This document shows, in pieces, positions 11,014-21,473 of a stretch of 64,000 nt of DNA. The stretch's first letter is position 1. Every line of letters begins with the position of its first letter. A program made the position numbers and the translations under genes. Under the pieces are notes generated by a model, which was given only the letters and a program-made list of their open reading frames with translations, did not search any database and was not told where the DNA came from. Source of the stretch: an uncultured bacterium (lineage in GTDB: Bacteria > Verrucomicrobiota > Verrucomicrobiia > Limisphaerales > UBA8199); NCBI GenBank assembly GCA_963749495.1, contig CAVVMW010000015.1, forward strand, positions 160,001 to 224,000, in the 5' to 3' direction.

Positions 11014-11883
11014 TCAGCGCAACATATAGCCAGTGCGGGCGATATACCACTGGACATCGACTCTCCCAGCGGCATCGAAGGGAATCGGGGATATGCCATC
11101 GGTGTATCTGACGGTGTACATGGAGGTTCTGCTTCTCCACTTGTGAACTTCAGCATGTCCATCGGCGAAGGAGAATCCACACGCGCCGTTGTGATAAGAC
11201 GCCGGGGTATCGCCCCACTCGGTGGCGTTAACAGCGCTCAGAATGAAAAACCCGTCGTTGATGGAGTCGGCCTGTTCATCCAATGTGATCCAGGTCATGG
11301 CCGGCTGGCGAACGTCGCCTTGTCTGAGATACTGGACATAACCTTGGTTGAACCAGGCCTCGCCGTTGCTGTCGTTGGGTTCACTGTCACCGCTGTAGCC
11401 GAACAGGGCATTCATGGAATTACTCCGCAATCGCGCCTTCCAACCCATCGAACGCTGTGCTGGGCTTACGTAAATATCCGCCGGGCACTTGTAAATCCCC
11501 AGAGCGCTGGCAGTGTATTTGGCGAGCAAGCCGTTCTTAACCCAAGCCTCGTTCGTGTTGCTCATGTCATCGACTGAACCGCTCGTAGTCCATGTCATTA
11601 TATTGTTGACCCAGTTGTCGAACGTCTTCTTGCTAATGGCGTCTTCGGTGCCGGGGACAGTGAAATTATTGCACACCCGATCCCTAAAGTCCAACGAATA
11701 CATGGTCCACGCCGTGATCAACTGCTTATTATTACTTATGCACTGGATGCCTTGGGCTTTTGCCTTGGCCTTGCTCAAGGCAGGCAACAGCATCGCGGCC
11801 AGGATCGCAATGATGGCAATGACGACGAGCAACTCGATCAGGGTGAAGGCTCGTGCAGCACGGGAATTCGATAGGGCGTTCAT
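11014..11883 (-). CDS. Prepilin-type N-terminal cleavage/methylation protein with H-X9-DG motif
   Basis: [25 protein letters not shown] and [16 protein letters not shown]; alternative TTG start at 11946. Confidence 0.9.
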   Translation of the reverse strand: MNALSNSRAARAFTLIELLVVIAIIAILAAMLLPALSKAKAKAQGIQCISNNKQLITAWTMYSLDFRDRVCNNFTVPGTEDAISKKTFDNWVNNIMTWTTSGSVDDMSNTNEAWVKNGLLAKYTASALGIYKCPADIYVSPAQRSMGWKARLRSNSMNALFGYSGDSEPNDSNGEAWFNQGYVQYLRQGDVRQPAMTWITLDEQADSINDGFFILSAVNATEWGDTPASYHNGACGFSFADGHAEVHKWRSRTSMYTVRYTDGISPIPFDAAGRVDVQWYIARTGYMLR

Positions 11884-12172
11884 GCTTGATATGGTGGACT
11901 TTTTCCGGCAAGGGTCAATGCTTTTTTTTGTTTTTGTGGTCTCCAAACCTGTCGGCCAAACTGGCCCTCAGAGGCATCCCATCCAAGCCCTGCACATGGG
12001 ACATAATGGCACAGAAAACGCGTTGGCGGCCGGCCGGCCGGTGGGTTCTCCGCTTTCTGCTGTGGATTCCAGGGGCGCCAGTTGCGGTGCAATCGATCGG
12101 CCCCCTCAGGGCTGCATTGGCGTGCTGCTTACGCCATCACCCACCTTCGAATTGGCCCGGAAGTTGCCCAGG

Positions 12173-12385
12173 TCACCAACCAGGAGACCATGGACCTGAA
12201 TCACGAAGTTCAACGAGAGGCTCAGGGTAGGGGGGGATTGGCAGCTCAATCAGCGTGAACCCTCCCCGCAGCCAGCCGCGCCCAGGCACTCGAGGCCGCT
12301 TCCTCCTGTGTGAAATCCTCCGGAGAGCAATCTGTGCCGGGCCCAAATCGAGGCTCGGCGAGGCCAATGCCAAGCTCAACTTCAT
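12173..12385 (-). pseudogene. Prepilin-like gene truncated right after GFTLIEL
   Basis: Basic leader ..RGWLRGGFTLIEL then PIPPYP; the hydrophobic helix is missing. Confidence 0.55.
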
Positions 12386-12643
12386 CGGTTGCCCGTGTGC
12401 AGAATGTCGTGCATCCGCTGCCGCATCTGCTCCTGGGCGCTGATTTGCCGAAATCCGGCCCTTGCTTTTTTCCTCGTTTCCGGCTCTACTTTCCTGATGT
12501 GGCGCCCGTCTTTTGTTTTTGTCTTTCAGCGTGGTTGGCACCACGCCGGGAGCCGCTTTTCAACTTTCAACCAGATTCAGGATAACCTCACGACTCGCGG
12601 CAGGCCTGCGATTTAACGCGACACATAAGCCTCACTAACATCA

Positions 12644-14290
12644 ATGCCCGTAGATCAAACAAAAACCAAGCAATGCCCTATGACAACACAACATGCTAAA
12701 CCGACATCCGCAATTCGGCTGCGCCTCCTCTTGCTCCCAGTCGGCCTCGCGCTGATATGTTCGGGCAGTGTCGCCGTGGCCCAGGACTTAATCATCAACA
12801 CCTTCGACTCCGGCATAAGCGGAATCGACTGGCAGAATTTTAGAAACTATGCCTACAACTACAACGAAGTCTGGGATCCCTCGCAGGACGCCGATGGGAA
12901 CCCAAACAGCGGGTCCATGTATCTTACGGTGAATTGGCCGACGAATTCCGATCCCAACTGGAACAACTCCTGGAACGATGTGCAGATTGCCTTCGGAACG
13001 CCGCAGTTCAACTCCTCTGACTATGTGAGCTTTGAGGCTGATATCAAGGTGGACACAATCAACTCTTTTCCTGCGCTCGATGGGAGTTATGGGGCGGTGG
13101 AGCTCATCGTCAATAACCCTTGGCAGAATGTGCTGGGCTGGGCGCCCCTGATTGCGACAAATGGCTGGCAGCGCTTGGCTGGCTCTTTTTCCGCGATTCC
13201 GGCCGGGACGTACCACGAGGCCATTGTCGGGTTCATTTCCAACGGCACAGCCGCCTGCACCAACACGGTCTCTTATTGGATTGACAATATTATATTTACG
13301 GCTGTGCAGACGACCGGCACGAATCGGCCGGCGCTAACCCTCACCAAAGCTCCGCCAGCCGGTCTGACCTGCATTTGCAGCCAGCCTGGCGGCACTTGGC
13401 AACGCCAGATGATCGCAACGGTCAACAGTGACTATTCCTGGAATACGGCCACTGCAATTTCAAACACAACCACGTATTCAATGAACATTGCCGCTTTTCC
13501 GGGCACAGGTTACCCGTCCTTTAACTCCCAGATGTTTCTGATCCCCCAAGCGGGGATGGCCGGCTCGCCTATTGACGACAGCATCAACTGGGATTCGGCC
13601 AACGTAGTGGACTTATCGGTCGGTGAAAACCCGGATCGCACGGCGACGGGCTATTTCACGTACAAAATCAACAATGCGGGCAACTGGAATGCCGCCCTAA
13701 GCGTGAGCAACCTGTGCGCATCCGGGCCCCTGGGAAAGTGGAGTCTGACCTTTAACAACAACACCAACGTCACTATAACGGCTCCCGATAACACCACCAC
13801 AAACTTCACCATCCCTGCCAGTGCCGCGCTTCTTTTCCAGGATCCGCTGTTTGTCTATGTGGGAACACAGCCAAATAACAATGCGAACATTGGGCAGTTA
13901 TCCACTTTCAGCCGAGTTCAGATCAGCGGCGCAGCGGGGTCGATCAACGACAACTTCGTATCGGCAGGGACGCCGGGGCAACCCTACCTTCTGGATACCA
14001 ACACCTGGACTCTCAACGCAGCAGATTCCAAGGGCGTTTTCATCACCGCTCCGGACGCAAAATACTGGGTGGCTTGGCCGCTGCCCGACCCGGGCTTCAC
14101 CAACCTTTTCGTAACCGATAACCTAAGCAATAAACTGGGTGGTTCTCAGTGGCTGGGCCTTCCGACTTCCGCCACCGGTTGGATAAATGTGGGTGATGCT
14201 GAGCGTCTGGCCATAGTCAATCAATCCACTTTGAACGCGGCGTTTTCTTATACGCCCACGAATTGTCTCTTTGGACTGTTTCATCCGTAG
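12644..14290 (+). CDS. Secreted N/T/W-rich hypothetical protein (beta-sandwich, possibly carbohydrate binding)
   Basis: 548-aa ORF with signal peptide (AVA-QD); alternative start at 12680. Confidence 0.85.
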   Translation: MPVDQTKTKQCPMTTQHAKPTSAIRLRLLLLPVGLALICSGSVAVAQDLIINTFDSGISGIDWQNFRNYAYNYNEVWDPSQDADGNPNSGSMYLTVNWPTNSDPNWNNSWNDVQIAFGTPQFNSSDYVSFEADIKVDTINSFPALDGSYGAVELIVNNPWQNVLGWAPLIATNGWQRLAGSFSAIPAGTYHEAIVGFISNGTAACTNTVSYWIDNIIFTAVQTTGTNRPALTLTKAPPAGLTCICSQPGGTWQRQMIATVNSDYSWNTATAISNTTTYSMNIAAFPGTGYPSFNSQMFLIPQAGMAGSPIDDSINWDSANVVDLSVGENPDRTATGYFTYKINNAGNWNAALSVSNLCASGPLGKWSLTFNNNTNVTITAPDNTTTNFTIPASAALLFQDPLFVYVGTQPNNNANIGQLSTFSRVQISGAAGSINDNFVSAGTPGQPYLLDTNTWTLNAADSKGVFITAPDAKYWVAWPLPDPGFTNLFVTDNLSNKLGGSQWLGLPTSATGWINVGDAERLAIVNQSTLNAAFSYTPTNCLFGLFHP

Positions 14291-14345
14291 TTGAGTACCG
14301 GCAGGGCGCCGGCTGATCCGGCGCCCTGTTCAACCAGGTCAGCGC

Positions 14346-14475
14346 TTGGCGGGGGATGCGGACTACGCGGCGGTGAGGCAGGCGATCGACCGGTTCGGCG
14401 AGCAACCGGAAAAGGAGGCCGAGTTGCGGCACGAATTCCGGCAGATTGAATCACAACTGTCAAATTATGTCCCTG
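14346..14475 (+). mobile_element. C-terminal HTH remnant of a RAYT-like transposase
   Basis: GDADYAAVRQAIDRF..ELRHEFRQIESQLSN resembles the DnaA-C-like tail (DYAAVS.AI.RF) of these transposases. Confidence 0.5.
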
Positions 14476-14595
14476 TCCGCCCGGACGGCCGCCGCAATCG
14501 TGGCCCGGCTGGGACGAAGGCCTTCAGGCCAGCGCAGCTTTCCGGGCTTCCACGCGTAATCGGTCAGTGAAGGCGGAAAGGGAGTCCCCGGCGAA

Positions 14596-14741
14596 CCCCT
14601 CACCCCGGCCCTCTCCCCTTCCGAAGGGGAGAGGGAGAAGCGGCGGCAGTCGCTGGGAATTCCACGCGTCTCGGCTTCCTCAAGCCGCGACGGAGAATTC
14701 TCCCTCTCCCCATCCGATGGGGAGAGGGCCGGGGTGAGGGG
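14596..14741. repeat. Long inverted repeat (MITE/REP-like)
   Basis: CCCCTCACCCCGGCCCTCTCCCC..GGGGAGAGGGAGAA and its reverse complement flank a ~60-bp spacer. Confidence 0.85.
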
Positions 14742-14823
14742 TCTGCCCGCTGTCAATCCCGCCTTCACTGAGGCCCTAGCTCCACGCTTCCAACCACACT
14801 CGACAACCACCCGGACAACCGCT

Positions 14824-16472
14824 ATGCTCAGGCGCATGCTCGGCTCCACGCCTTCATCGCATCAGGGCAAGGCCGTGCTCTCGGGCCTCCTGATGCTGCT
14901 GCTGTTCTCGGGCGCTCCGCCCCTGGGCGCCACTGTTTATTTCGTCCGCCCAAAGGGGGACGACGCAGCGAGAGGCGATTCGACAGACGCCGCATGGCAA
15001 ACGATCGGGCGAGTGAACCGGGCGCGCTTCCAACCCGGGGACCGTTGCCTGTTCGAGGGGGCTCGGCTTTTACGGGCAACGTGCTGCTTTCGGAGGAGGA
15101 TGCGGGAACGTCGAACGCCCCAGTGGTCATCGGCTCCTTTGGCAAGGGGCGGGCCACGATCCTGGCAGGGCAGCGGACCGGCATCACCATCGAAAATGCC
15201 GGAGGCGTCGCCATCGAGAACCTCAACATCGTGGGTGCCGGGCGCACGAACAACACCGGCTATGGCATCCGCTGCGACAACACGCTAACCAACGGCCAGC
15301 GCCTGGGTTACCTGCGCATCGCCAACGTGGAGGCTCAAGGTTTTGGCATTTTCGGGATTCTCGTAGCGGGGATTCACGCCGGATTCGAACACGTGCTGAT
15401 AACCAACTGCGTGATGCACGACAATCTGCGCGGGGGAATGGAGGTGGCCGGACGCCTGCCCTGGGATTCAACGGTCTATGCCCACGGCGATGTGCTCGTG
15501 AGCCATTGCCAGGCCCACGATAACACCGGCGATCCGGCTTACCTCAAGAACCACTCGGGCAGCGGGATGGTCCTGTACGAGGTCGATGGCGGCGTGATGG
15601 AACACTGCACGGCCTGGAACAACGGTACGCTGTGCCAGTCCAGCGGCGGGGGTGTGGGCCTTTGGACGTGCGCCTCCCGCCGCGTGGTGATTCAATACTG
15701 CGAGAGCTTTGGCAACAAAACGAGCGGCAGGGACGGCGGCGGCTTCGATATCGATGGCGGCAGTGTGGATTGTGTCCTCCAATACAACTACAGCCACGAC
15801 AATGACGGTCCCGGCCTGATGGTTTACACTTATCCTTATGCTTCCTTCACCGACCGTGGCAGTGTCGTCCGGTTCAACATCTCGGAGAACGATTCGCGCA
15901 AGAACCGCTATTACGCCGGCCTTTGGGTGCGGACAGATGGAAGGGAGATGACCGGAGTGCAGATCTACAATAATACCATCGCCGTCGGATCATGGACGGA
16001 CCAGGCGGCGCACATATACGCGCACGGGGTTGAGGCGCGCGTGCGGAACAACATCTTCATCGCCGCAGGCTCCGCGCTGCCTTTGCGCGTTGAGGAGCCG
16101 GAGAAGGGGGTGCGCTTTGAGAACAACCTGTATTGGCGCGAAGGCGGGGCGACTCAAGTTGCCTGGGGCACACAAACCTTCTCGGGCCTGCAAGAGTGGC
16201 GCGATCGGACCGGGCAGGAACGCCTGGGCGGAGAGCCTACGGGCCTGTTCGCAAATCCTGCCTTGAGCCTTCACCCGCCAGATGTCACCCCCGAGGAGCG
16301 CCGTGGACTCCAAGCCGGGCGAGCATTTCGTCCCCTGCCCGGTTCACCCGCGCTGGCCGGCGGATTGGACTTGCGCAAGATGTTTGGCTTGGACATCGGG
16401 CCGCGTGATTTCGTGGGAACGCCTCTGCGCGCCGCTCTCCCCTTAGGGGCCATTGCCGCACCGGCTCTTTGA
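14824..16472 (+). CDS. Secreted right-handed parallel beta-helix protein; -1 frameshift in G-run at ~15057-15061
   Basis: ATVYFVRPKGDD..AWQTIGRVN..PGDRCLFEGG joins ORF 14994-16472; DGGGFDIDGG..QYNYSHDNDG. Confidence 0.85.
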
Positions 16473-16489
16473 GTAAAGTAAGTTCGTGC

Positions 16490-17374
16490 CTAAAAGGTAT
16501 TGAGCCGGAAGAAGGCGCTGGTGTTTGTCACCGGCAAAGTGACGGTGTGCACATGGTCATCGCCCACCACAACATCTCCTGCCGGCTGCCAGTTCGCCTG
16601 CGGGCCAAGTGTCGGCGTGGATTCGATCTGATAGTTGGTCGCCGGCGCGGTGCCGGTATCGGGCAAGTTAGACAGCGCTGCGAATGTCAGGTTCACCCCG
16701 TTGACTGCCGGACTAATGCTGGCGATTGTGACGCCCGCCTGGAACCAAAGGCAGAACCGGTCCGAGGGGGCTTGGATCGGCCCGCCACCAGGACCATTGG
16801 TCGAGGCGTCCACGAACCGGAAGCCGACCTGGTAAAGCCCAGCCCGGTCCACGCTGTAGATGCGGCCGTGGATGTGGCCGTAGGGATCAGCCGTGACCGA
16901 GCCGTCGGTTTCGCTCACCACAATGTGATTGGTTCCGTTGGTCAGGCCGACGGGCACGGTCCACGTCAGGTTGGTGCTGTCCACGCCGTTCTGCTGCGTT
17001 TCCCAGAACCCCAGGGTTGCGCGAGGCGGGCCGCTGACGGTTTCCAATATGATCTCGATATGCGAGCCGATGGCCGCGGCTTGAGCTTCCGGCCCTCCGT
17101 AGTCGGGGGTCGCGGCCAGGGCCACAAACACCAAATCGCCAGTGTAGTACCACCCCTCGTAGGGAGAGCCGGGGTCACCCGCATCCAAACCGAAGACATA
17201 GCCCGAAGTCGAGCCATAGTCACCGGCATTGACGAATATGAGCGGTGAGCCCGGGGTGGTGGAGTCCGCCCCCGCCGCCAGGTGTTCATGGGCGTTGGCG
17301 GGGGCGGCCGTGGTCAGGAGTGCGCCCGCCAAGGCAGGAATCATGAGTGTTTGTGTTAGTTTCGTTGTCTTCAT
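16490..17374 (-). CDS. Secreted His-motif protein (putative metal binding) with C-terminal FFR domain
   Basis: Signal peptide cleaved before HEHLAAGA; DPYGHIHGR; ends SAFFRLNTF. Confidence 0.8.
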   Translation of the reverse strand: MKTTKLTQTLMIPALAGALLTTAAPANAHEHLAAGADSTTPGSPLIFVNAGDYGSTSGYVFGLDAGDPGSPYEGWYYTGDLVFVALAATPDYGGPEAQAAAIGSHIEIILETVSGPPRATLGFWETQQNGVDSTNLTWTVPVGLTNGTNHIVVSETDGSVTADPYGHIHGRIYSVDRAGLYQVGFRFVDASTNGPGGGPIQAPSDRFCLWFQAGVTIASISPAVNGVNLTFAALSNLPDTGTAPATNYQIESTPTLGPQANWQPAGDVVVGDDHVHTVTLPVTNTSAFFRLNTF

Positions 17375-17432
17375 TTTCCATCCTTCAATGGGTTCAATTG
17401 TTCGATTATTTGGGCTTTGTGGTGCCCAATCT

Positions 17433-18071
17433 CTAGGGTGCGTTTTGGCCGTCGGGGCGCACAAAGCGCGTCACCGGCGGACCGAGCAGGGTTTTGACCC
17501 GCCGCCACGACAGTTTCTCCGTGTGGGCGTCGGCGAAGAGGTAGTTCGCCCCGCCCTGATGCCGCTGGACCGCAACTTCTGCGGCAAAGCCATTGGGCGT
17601 GAAGCCGCCGCTGGAAGCGTCGGCGAAGTGGAAATGGTCGGAGCCGATGTCATTCCCGGGTGTCTCGGCCAGGTGCATCGTCTCAGACGGTCCAGGCAGC
17701 CGCGTGAGCCGGGAGAAATCCAGGTCAGGCGCCCCAAAAGGATGGGGAGTCAAGAAATCGTTGATGGCGTAACTCGTGATGCGGACAAGGTTCGTGTCGT
17801 CGGGGCAGCGATAGACATTCGTGAGGCCATAAGCGGCCAAAGTGCCAATCCACGATGCCGCCTGATGCGATGTCTCAGGCAAACTGTCCTGATTGTCTGC
17901 CTCGTAGAGGGCGCACCCGACACCGAGTTGTTTGAGCTTGCAGAGGCAAGCCGTCGCCCGCGCCCGCGCCTTGGCTTTGCTCAGCGCCGGCAGCAGCAGA
18001 CTCGCCAGGATGGCGATGATGGCGATAACGACCAGCAATTCGATCAGCGTAAAGGCAGACCGCTTTCTCAT
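17433..18071 (-). CDS. Prepilin-type N-terminal cleavage/methylation protein with DHFH motif
   Basis: [36 protein letters not shown]. Confidence 0.9.
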   Translation of the reverse strand: MRKRSAFTLIELLVVIAIIAILASLLLPALSKAKARARATACLCKLKQLGVGCALYEADNQDSLPETSHQAASWIGTLAAYGLTNVYRCPDDTNLVRITSYAINDFLTPHPFGAPDLDFSRLTRLPGPSETMHLAETPGNDIGSDHFHFADASSGGFTPNGFAAEVAVQRHQGGANYLFADAHTEKLSWRRVKTLLGPPVTRFVRPDGQNAP

Positions 18072-18151
18072 GGGATTGACCAGTGCAGGCCCACCGAGCA
18101 GGCCGGCGCCACGGCCATCAGAAGTCTGGTCAATCGCTGGAACACGGCGAG

Positions 18152-18179
18152 AACATACGGCTAATCCGCTCCATGTCAA
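18152..18179 (-). promoter_or_regulatory. Putative sigma70 promoter for the 18071/17374 gene pair
   Basis: Minus strand TTGACA-N16-TATGTT; a sigma54-spaced TTGGCAC-N5-GTGC also lies at 18190-18205. Confidence 0.4.
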
Positions 18180-18218
18180 ATCGTAATGGGCACAACCAGT
18201 GCCAAAACATTGCTCGTC

Positions 18219-20993
18219 CTAATTCTTTGGCACGACGGCGCGGAAGAAGGTGGACCTGTTAGTCCCCAGAGGCGCCGGGAAGGTGGTGGCGAAGTTGGTC
18301 AACAAACCCTGCCAGACAGGTTGCCAGCGGTTGGAAACGCCACCGGACAGGGACGCAGCCGCCTTGATCGTGTTGGTGATGTTCGGAATGCCGTATAAGG
18401 TGAGCAGCGGGTTGCCCGGTGTGGGCAGCGTGGCCACGAGGAACGGGTTCTCGCCAACGACAACTACCTGGCCGAACTGGGTGCCCGTGTCCAGCACAGG
18501 CGAGCCATCGCGACGCAATGGGGTGATGGCGGTCACGAGCAGGGGCAGGACCACCGAGGTCTGGATGGAACCGGCAGTAAAGCAGAAGTCCGCAACCTGC
18601 TGCTGGGTGGCCTGCAGAGTGTGGCCCGGTGTGGCCGCCAGATTCACCAGGAGTTGGGTGGTGGAAAGCGTGTGCAGGCTGCCGGTGAGTGCCGGCAGGA
18701 GCACGTTGAGGCTGAAATTGCCCAGGCCTTGCGGAGGCAGATTGAGGGTGAACTGGAGGTTGGTCAGGGCAACGCTGGAGAACAGGCTGATCGGGACGCA
18801 ACCCGGTTGGCCCGAGCGCACGACCACTGTTCCAGGGCTGGCCGGAGTATAGGGCGCCCGCACTGGTGGTGGCGCTCTGCCAAAGGGCCTGAGCTCCGCC
18901 GTTGTCCGAAACGTAGATATCGAAATTCTGGACGCCTGAACCCTGTGGGTCATCGTTGCCGGATCAGGAAACCAGGAAACTGGTGTTCAACGTCACGGCG
19001 GGCAAGGGCGCCACGAGGCTGGTCGGAGCCGCGCCATCAATGGTGTTTGTCGTGATGGCTGTGGGAATCGGCGCGTTCATGTCAAAGACGACAATCGCCT
19101 GGTTTGTGATGAAGGCGCCCGTGGCCCGACCGGCCAGCGGCTCGATGGTGTAGGCAACCGAGCCCTCGCCCAAATGGCCGGGCGTGTCTGGCGCGAGCAC
19201 ACCCTGGTTGGCGCTCAGCGGCGGCTCGCCGGTATTCAGGTCGATCGCCGTCAGGGTCCAGAAGACGCTGCCGGCTGCCAGGTCGATTCCCGTGCTGATA
19301 TCGACCACGATATTCGTCCCCTGATCGGGCATGTTGACCCGCGTTTGGAAGAAGCTCAGGTTGTCGGGGACGCTGACCGAATTGGTGCCGAAGGCAATCT
19401 GGCCCAGCCGGAAAGTCCGGATGTCAAGGTTGGGGTCGAGAATATCGGTCACCTGGATTTGGCGGGCGTAGGTGCCCGCCGTGGGAAGATTCTCGAAATA
19501 GATTGTGTAGGGCATGGGATTGCTGGAGTTGACGAATGCCTGGAGCCCATAACCGCTTGGCCCGATTTTCTCGTTGGGGTCGCACGGATTGAAGCCGGCG
19601 CCGACTTGCACCTTGTAAAACCACTCGGTGCCGGTGCTCAGCGTATTAGTGACAGGTGTGCCAAGGGTCAAGGCCTGAATATCCACCAGGATGGGAGAAG
19701 CGGAGACCGCCAGGTTGTTGGCCGAATTGCTCTCGTGTACCACAAGGTCCGAGTTGGCCTGCACCACGAAGTAATAGGGACCCGAGAGGGCGGCGGGCAA
19801 GGCCAAATTGACCGTCTGCTGATAACATTCGCCCGGCCCAAGGAAACTGGGGTTGGGGAAGGTGGCGTAGTCCTGTGCGAGGTGGGTCAAGTTGGTATCG
19901 CTGTAAAGCCAGACATGATCGTCCCAGAGCGGGGCATCGGTGTAGGCATCCCCGATGTTGCACTCGGTCCAACTGAGGGTGATCGTCTGGCCCGCATAGA
20001 CGCCGTTGGTCGGTGCGTCAATTTCGCTGATGACCAGGTCAGACAATGGAGTGATCTGCACCAGGACGGGTTGGGCGGAGGAGGCGGCATTGTTGGTCTC
20101 GGCGGGGCTGCCCGGGGGGCCTCATAGATATCATTGAGGACATCCGCCACGACCGTGATGTAGTAGTCCGCGTTAGTGACCTGTGTGCGGTCTATCGTCA
20201 CCGAGTGGACCAGTGACACGCTCGCGCCACTGGCCAGGCCGTTGGTATATTTGAATGTCCCAAGCAGGTAGTTGGTGCAGGGCGAGGATGAACCGCACAA
20301 ATACACGCCGTCGGACCAGGCGTTCGTCGCGGGAGCCGGGCCGGTGTTGGTGAGGGTCCACGCCACGTCAAATCCGCTGCCGGTCCAGGCCGAAGGCGGG
20401 GCGGAGACCAAGGACACTTGCAGGTCGGGCGCGGGCAAGGTCCTGAACGAGTGGTCGGCGGAATCGGTTTCGCGCGCGCAGGGATCGATGGAGCGGACGC
20501 GGAAATGATAATTGGTTCCGGGAAACAGGTTGTTTAACGCAAGCGAATGGTTCGTCTGTGGGGTGCCCAGATAGATAGGCGCGCTCAATCCGTAAGCCGG
20601 GGTGAGGCCATAGTCCAGGTCCGACGATGCCGGCTCATCCGTCATCCAGGTAATCACCGCTTGTCCGGCAGTGGCAGTGGCCGCAATGGACGAGAGCGCG
20701 GGCGGTTGGGTGCGGAGGGTGAAGTCCACCGTGGCGGGCGTCGGGTCCACGTTGCCCGCCTGATCCTTGGCCTCGACCTGGAAGACGTGCGGCCCATCGG
20801 CCAGGTTGCTCAAGCTTAGGCTGGTCAGGTTGGCAAAGGCCGAGAAGCCGCTGCCATCGATCTGGAATGCGAACAGCAGGTTTGTTGGCGCCGTCACATT
20901 GTCAGTCCCCGACCAGGAGAGGAGCACGGGCAGGCTGCAGACCGGTACTGTTTTGAGCAGGCGCACTGATGAGGAAGGTGTCGGGCGGGGTCA
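18219..20993 (-). pseudogene. Decayed large surface protein (Fn3, two CARDB-like domains, DPNEKIGP domain, FFR tail)
   Basis: Several frames; no N-terminus; FLVS*SGNDD has TGA where Trp is expected (18964-18966); abrupt joins at ~19595 and ~18835. Confidence 0.8.
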
Positions 20994-21101
20994 GGAAGAG
21001 CTGCGGTCGCCGCTGTCGCGAAAGACAGCCTCCGAATGGTCGCCACCGTTCATCACGTGGCAAATCGCTCCCGGATATTGCACGCGCACCTTGCGAGCCA
21101 T
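20991..21101 (-). mobile_element. N-terminal remnant of a RAYT/IS200-like Y1 transposase
   Basis: MARKVRVQYPGAICHVMNGGDHSEAVFRD is a degenerate MARKLR..YPGA.YHVMNRG; HUH core absent. Confidence 0.75.
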
Positions 21102-21473
21102 GGGCGACACATAGCCAGGCCAGGTGAGCCTTTCAACGGGATTCGAGCGGGATTCGTCGAGCAGGGCAGGCGCTCGCTCGGCACAGTTCTGGCCCCGACG
21201 ACCGAGCGCCAAAAAGATGCGGTTATGCGGGACCCTTCCCGGCAGGACCACAGGGCCGTCCGGTTACGTTATGATGCGAATCATCTAGTTTAGCATTGCT
21301 GATGCTATCCCAAAAAACAGCCCTTTTGGGACAGGCTCTAGATAACGGATCCCCTTTTCAGGAGGAATATTGTTTATTGTGACTCTTCTGGCCACGTGCG
21401 CCAGCGCAGGGCGGCGGCGGGGGCGGGTGTCATGACCAAATTCGCGACACTGAGAACTTCACGATATTTTCCG

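Noticed and set aside
2798..15061. Homopolymer frameshifts (T6 at 2798, A8 at 8519, G5 at 15057) as phase variation or programmed frameshifting
   Set aside because: Indels are scattered across many unrelated genes; long-read consensus error is more parsimonious without read data.
18964..18966. TGA at a Trp position suggesting recoding or an alternative genetic code
   Set aside because: TGA ends many intact genes here and this gene is otherwise decayed, so it is a simple nonsense mutation.
21260..21341. Possible IS end (CTAGAGCCTGTCCC on minus strand)
   Set aside because: No matching second end or transposase visible.
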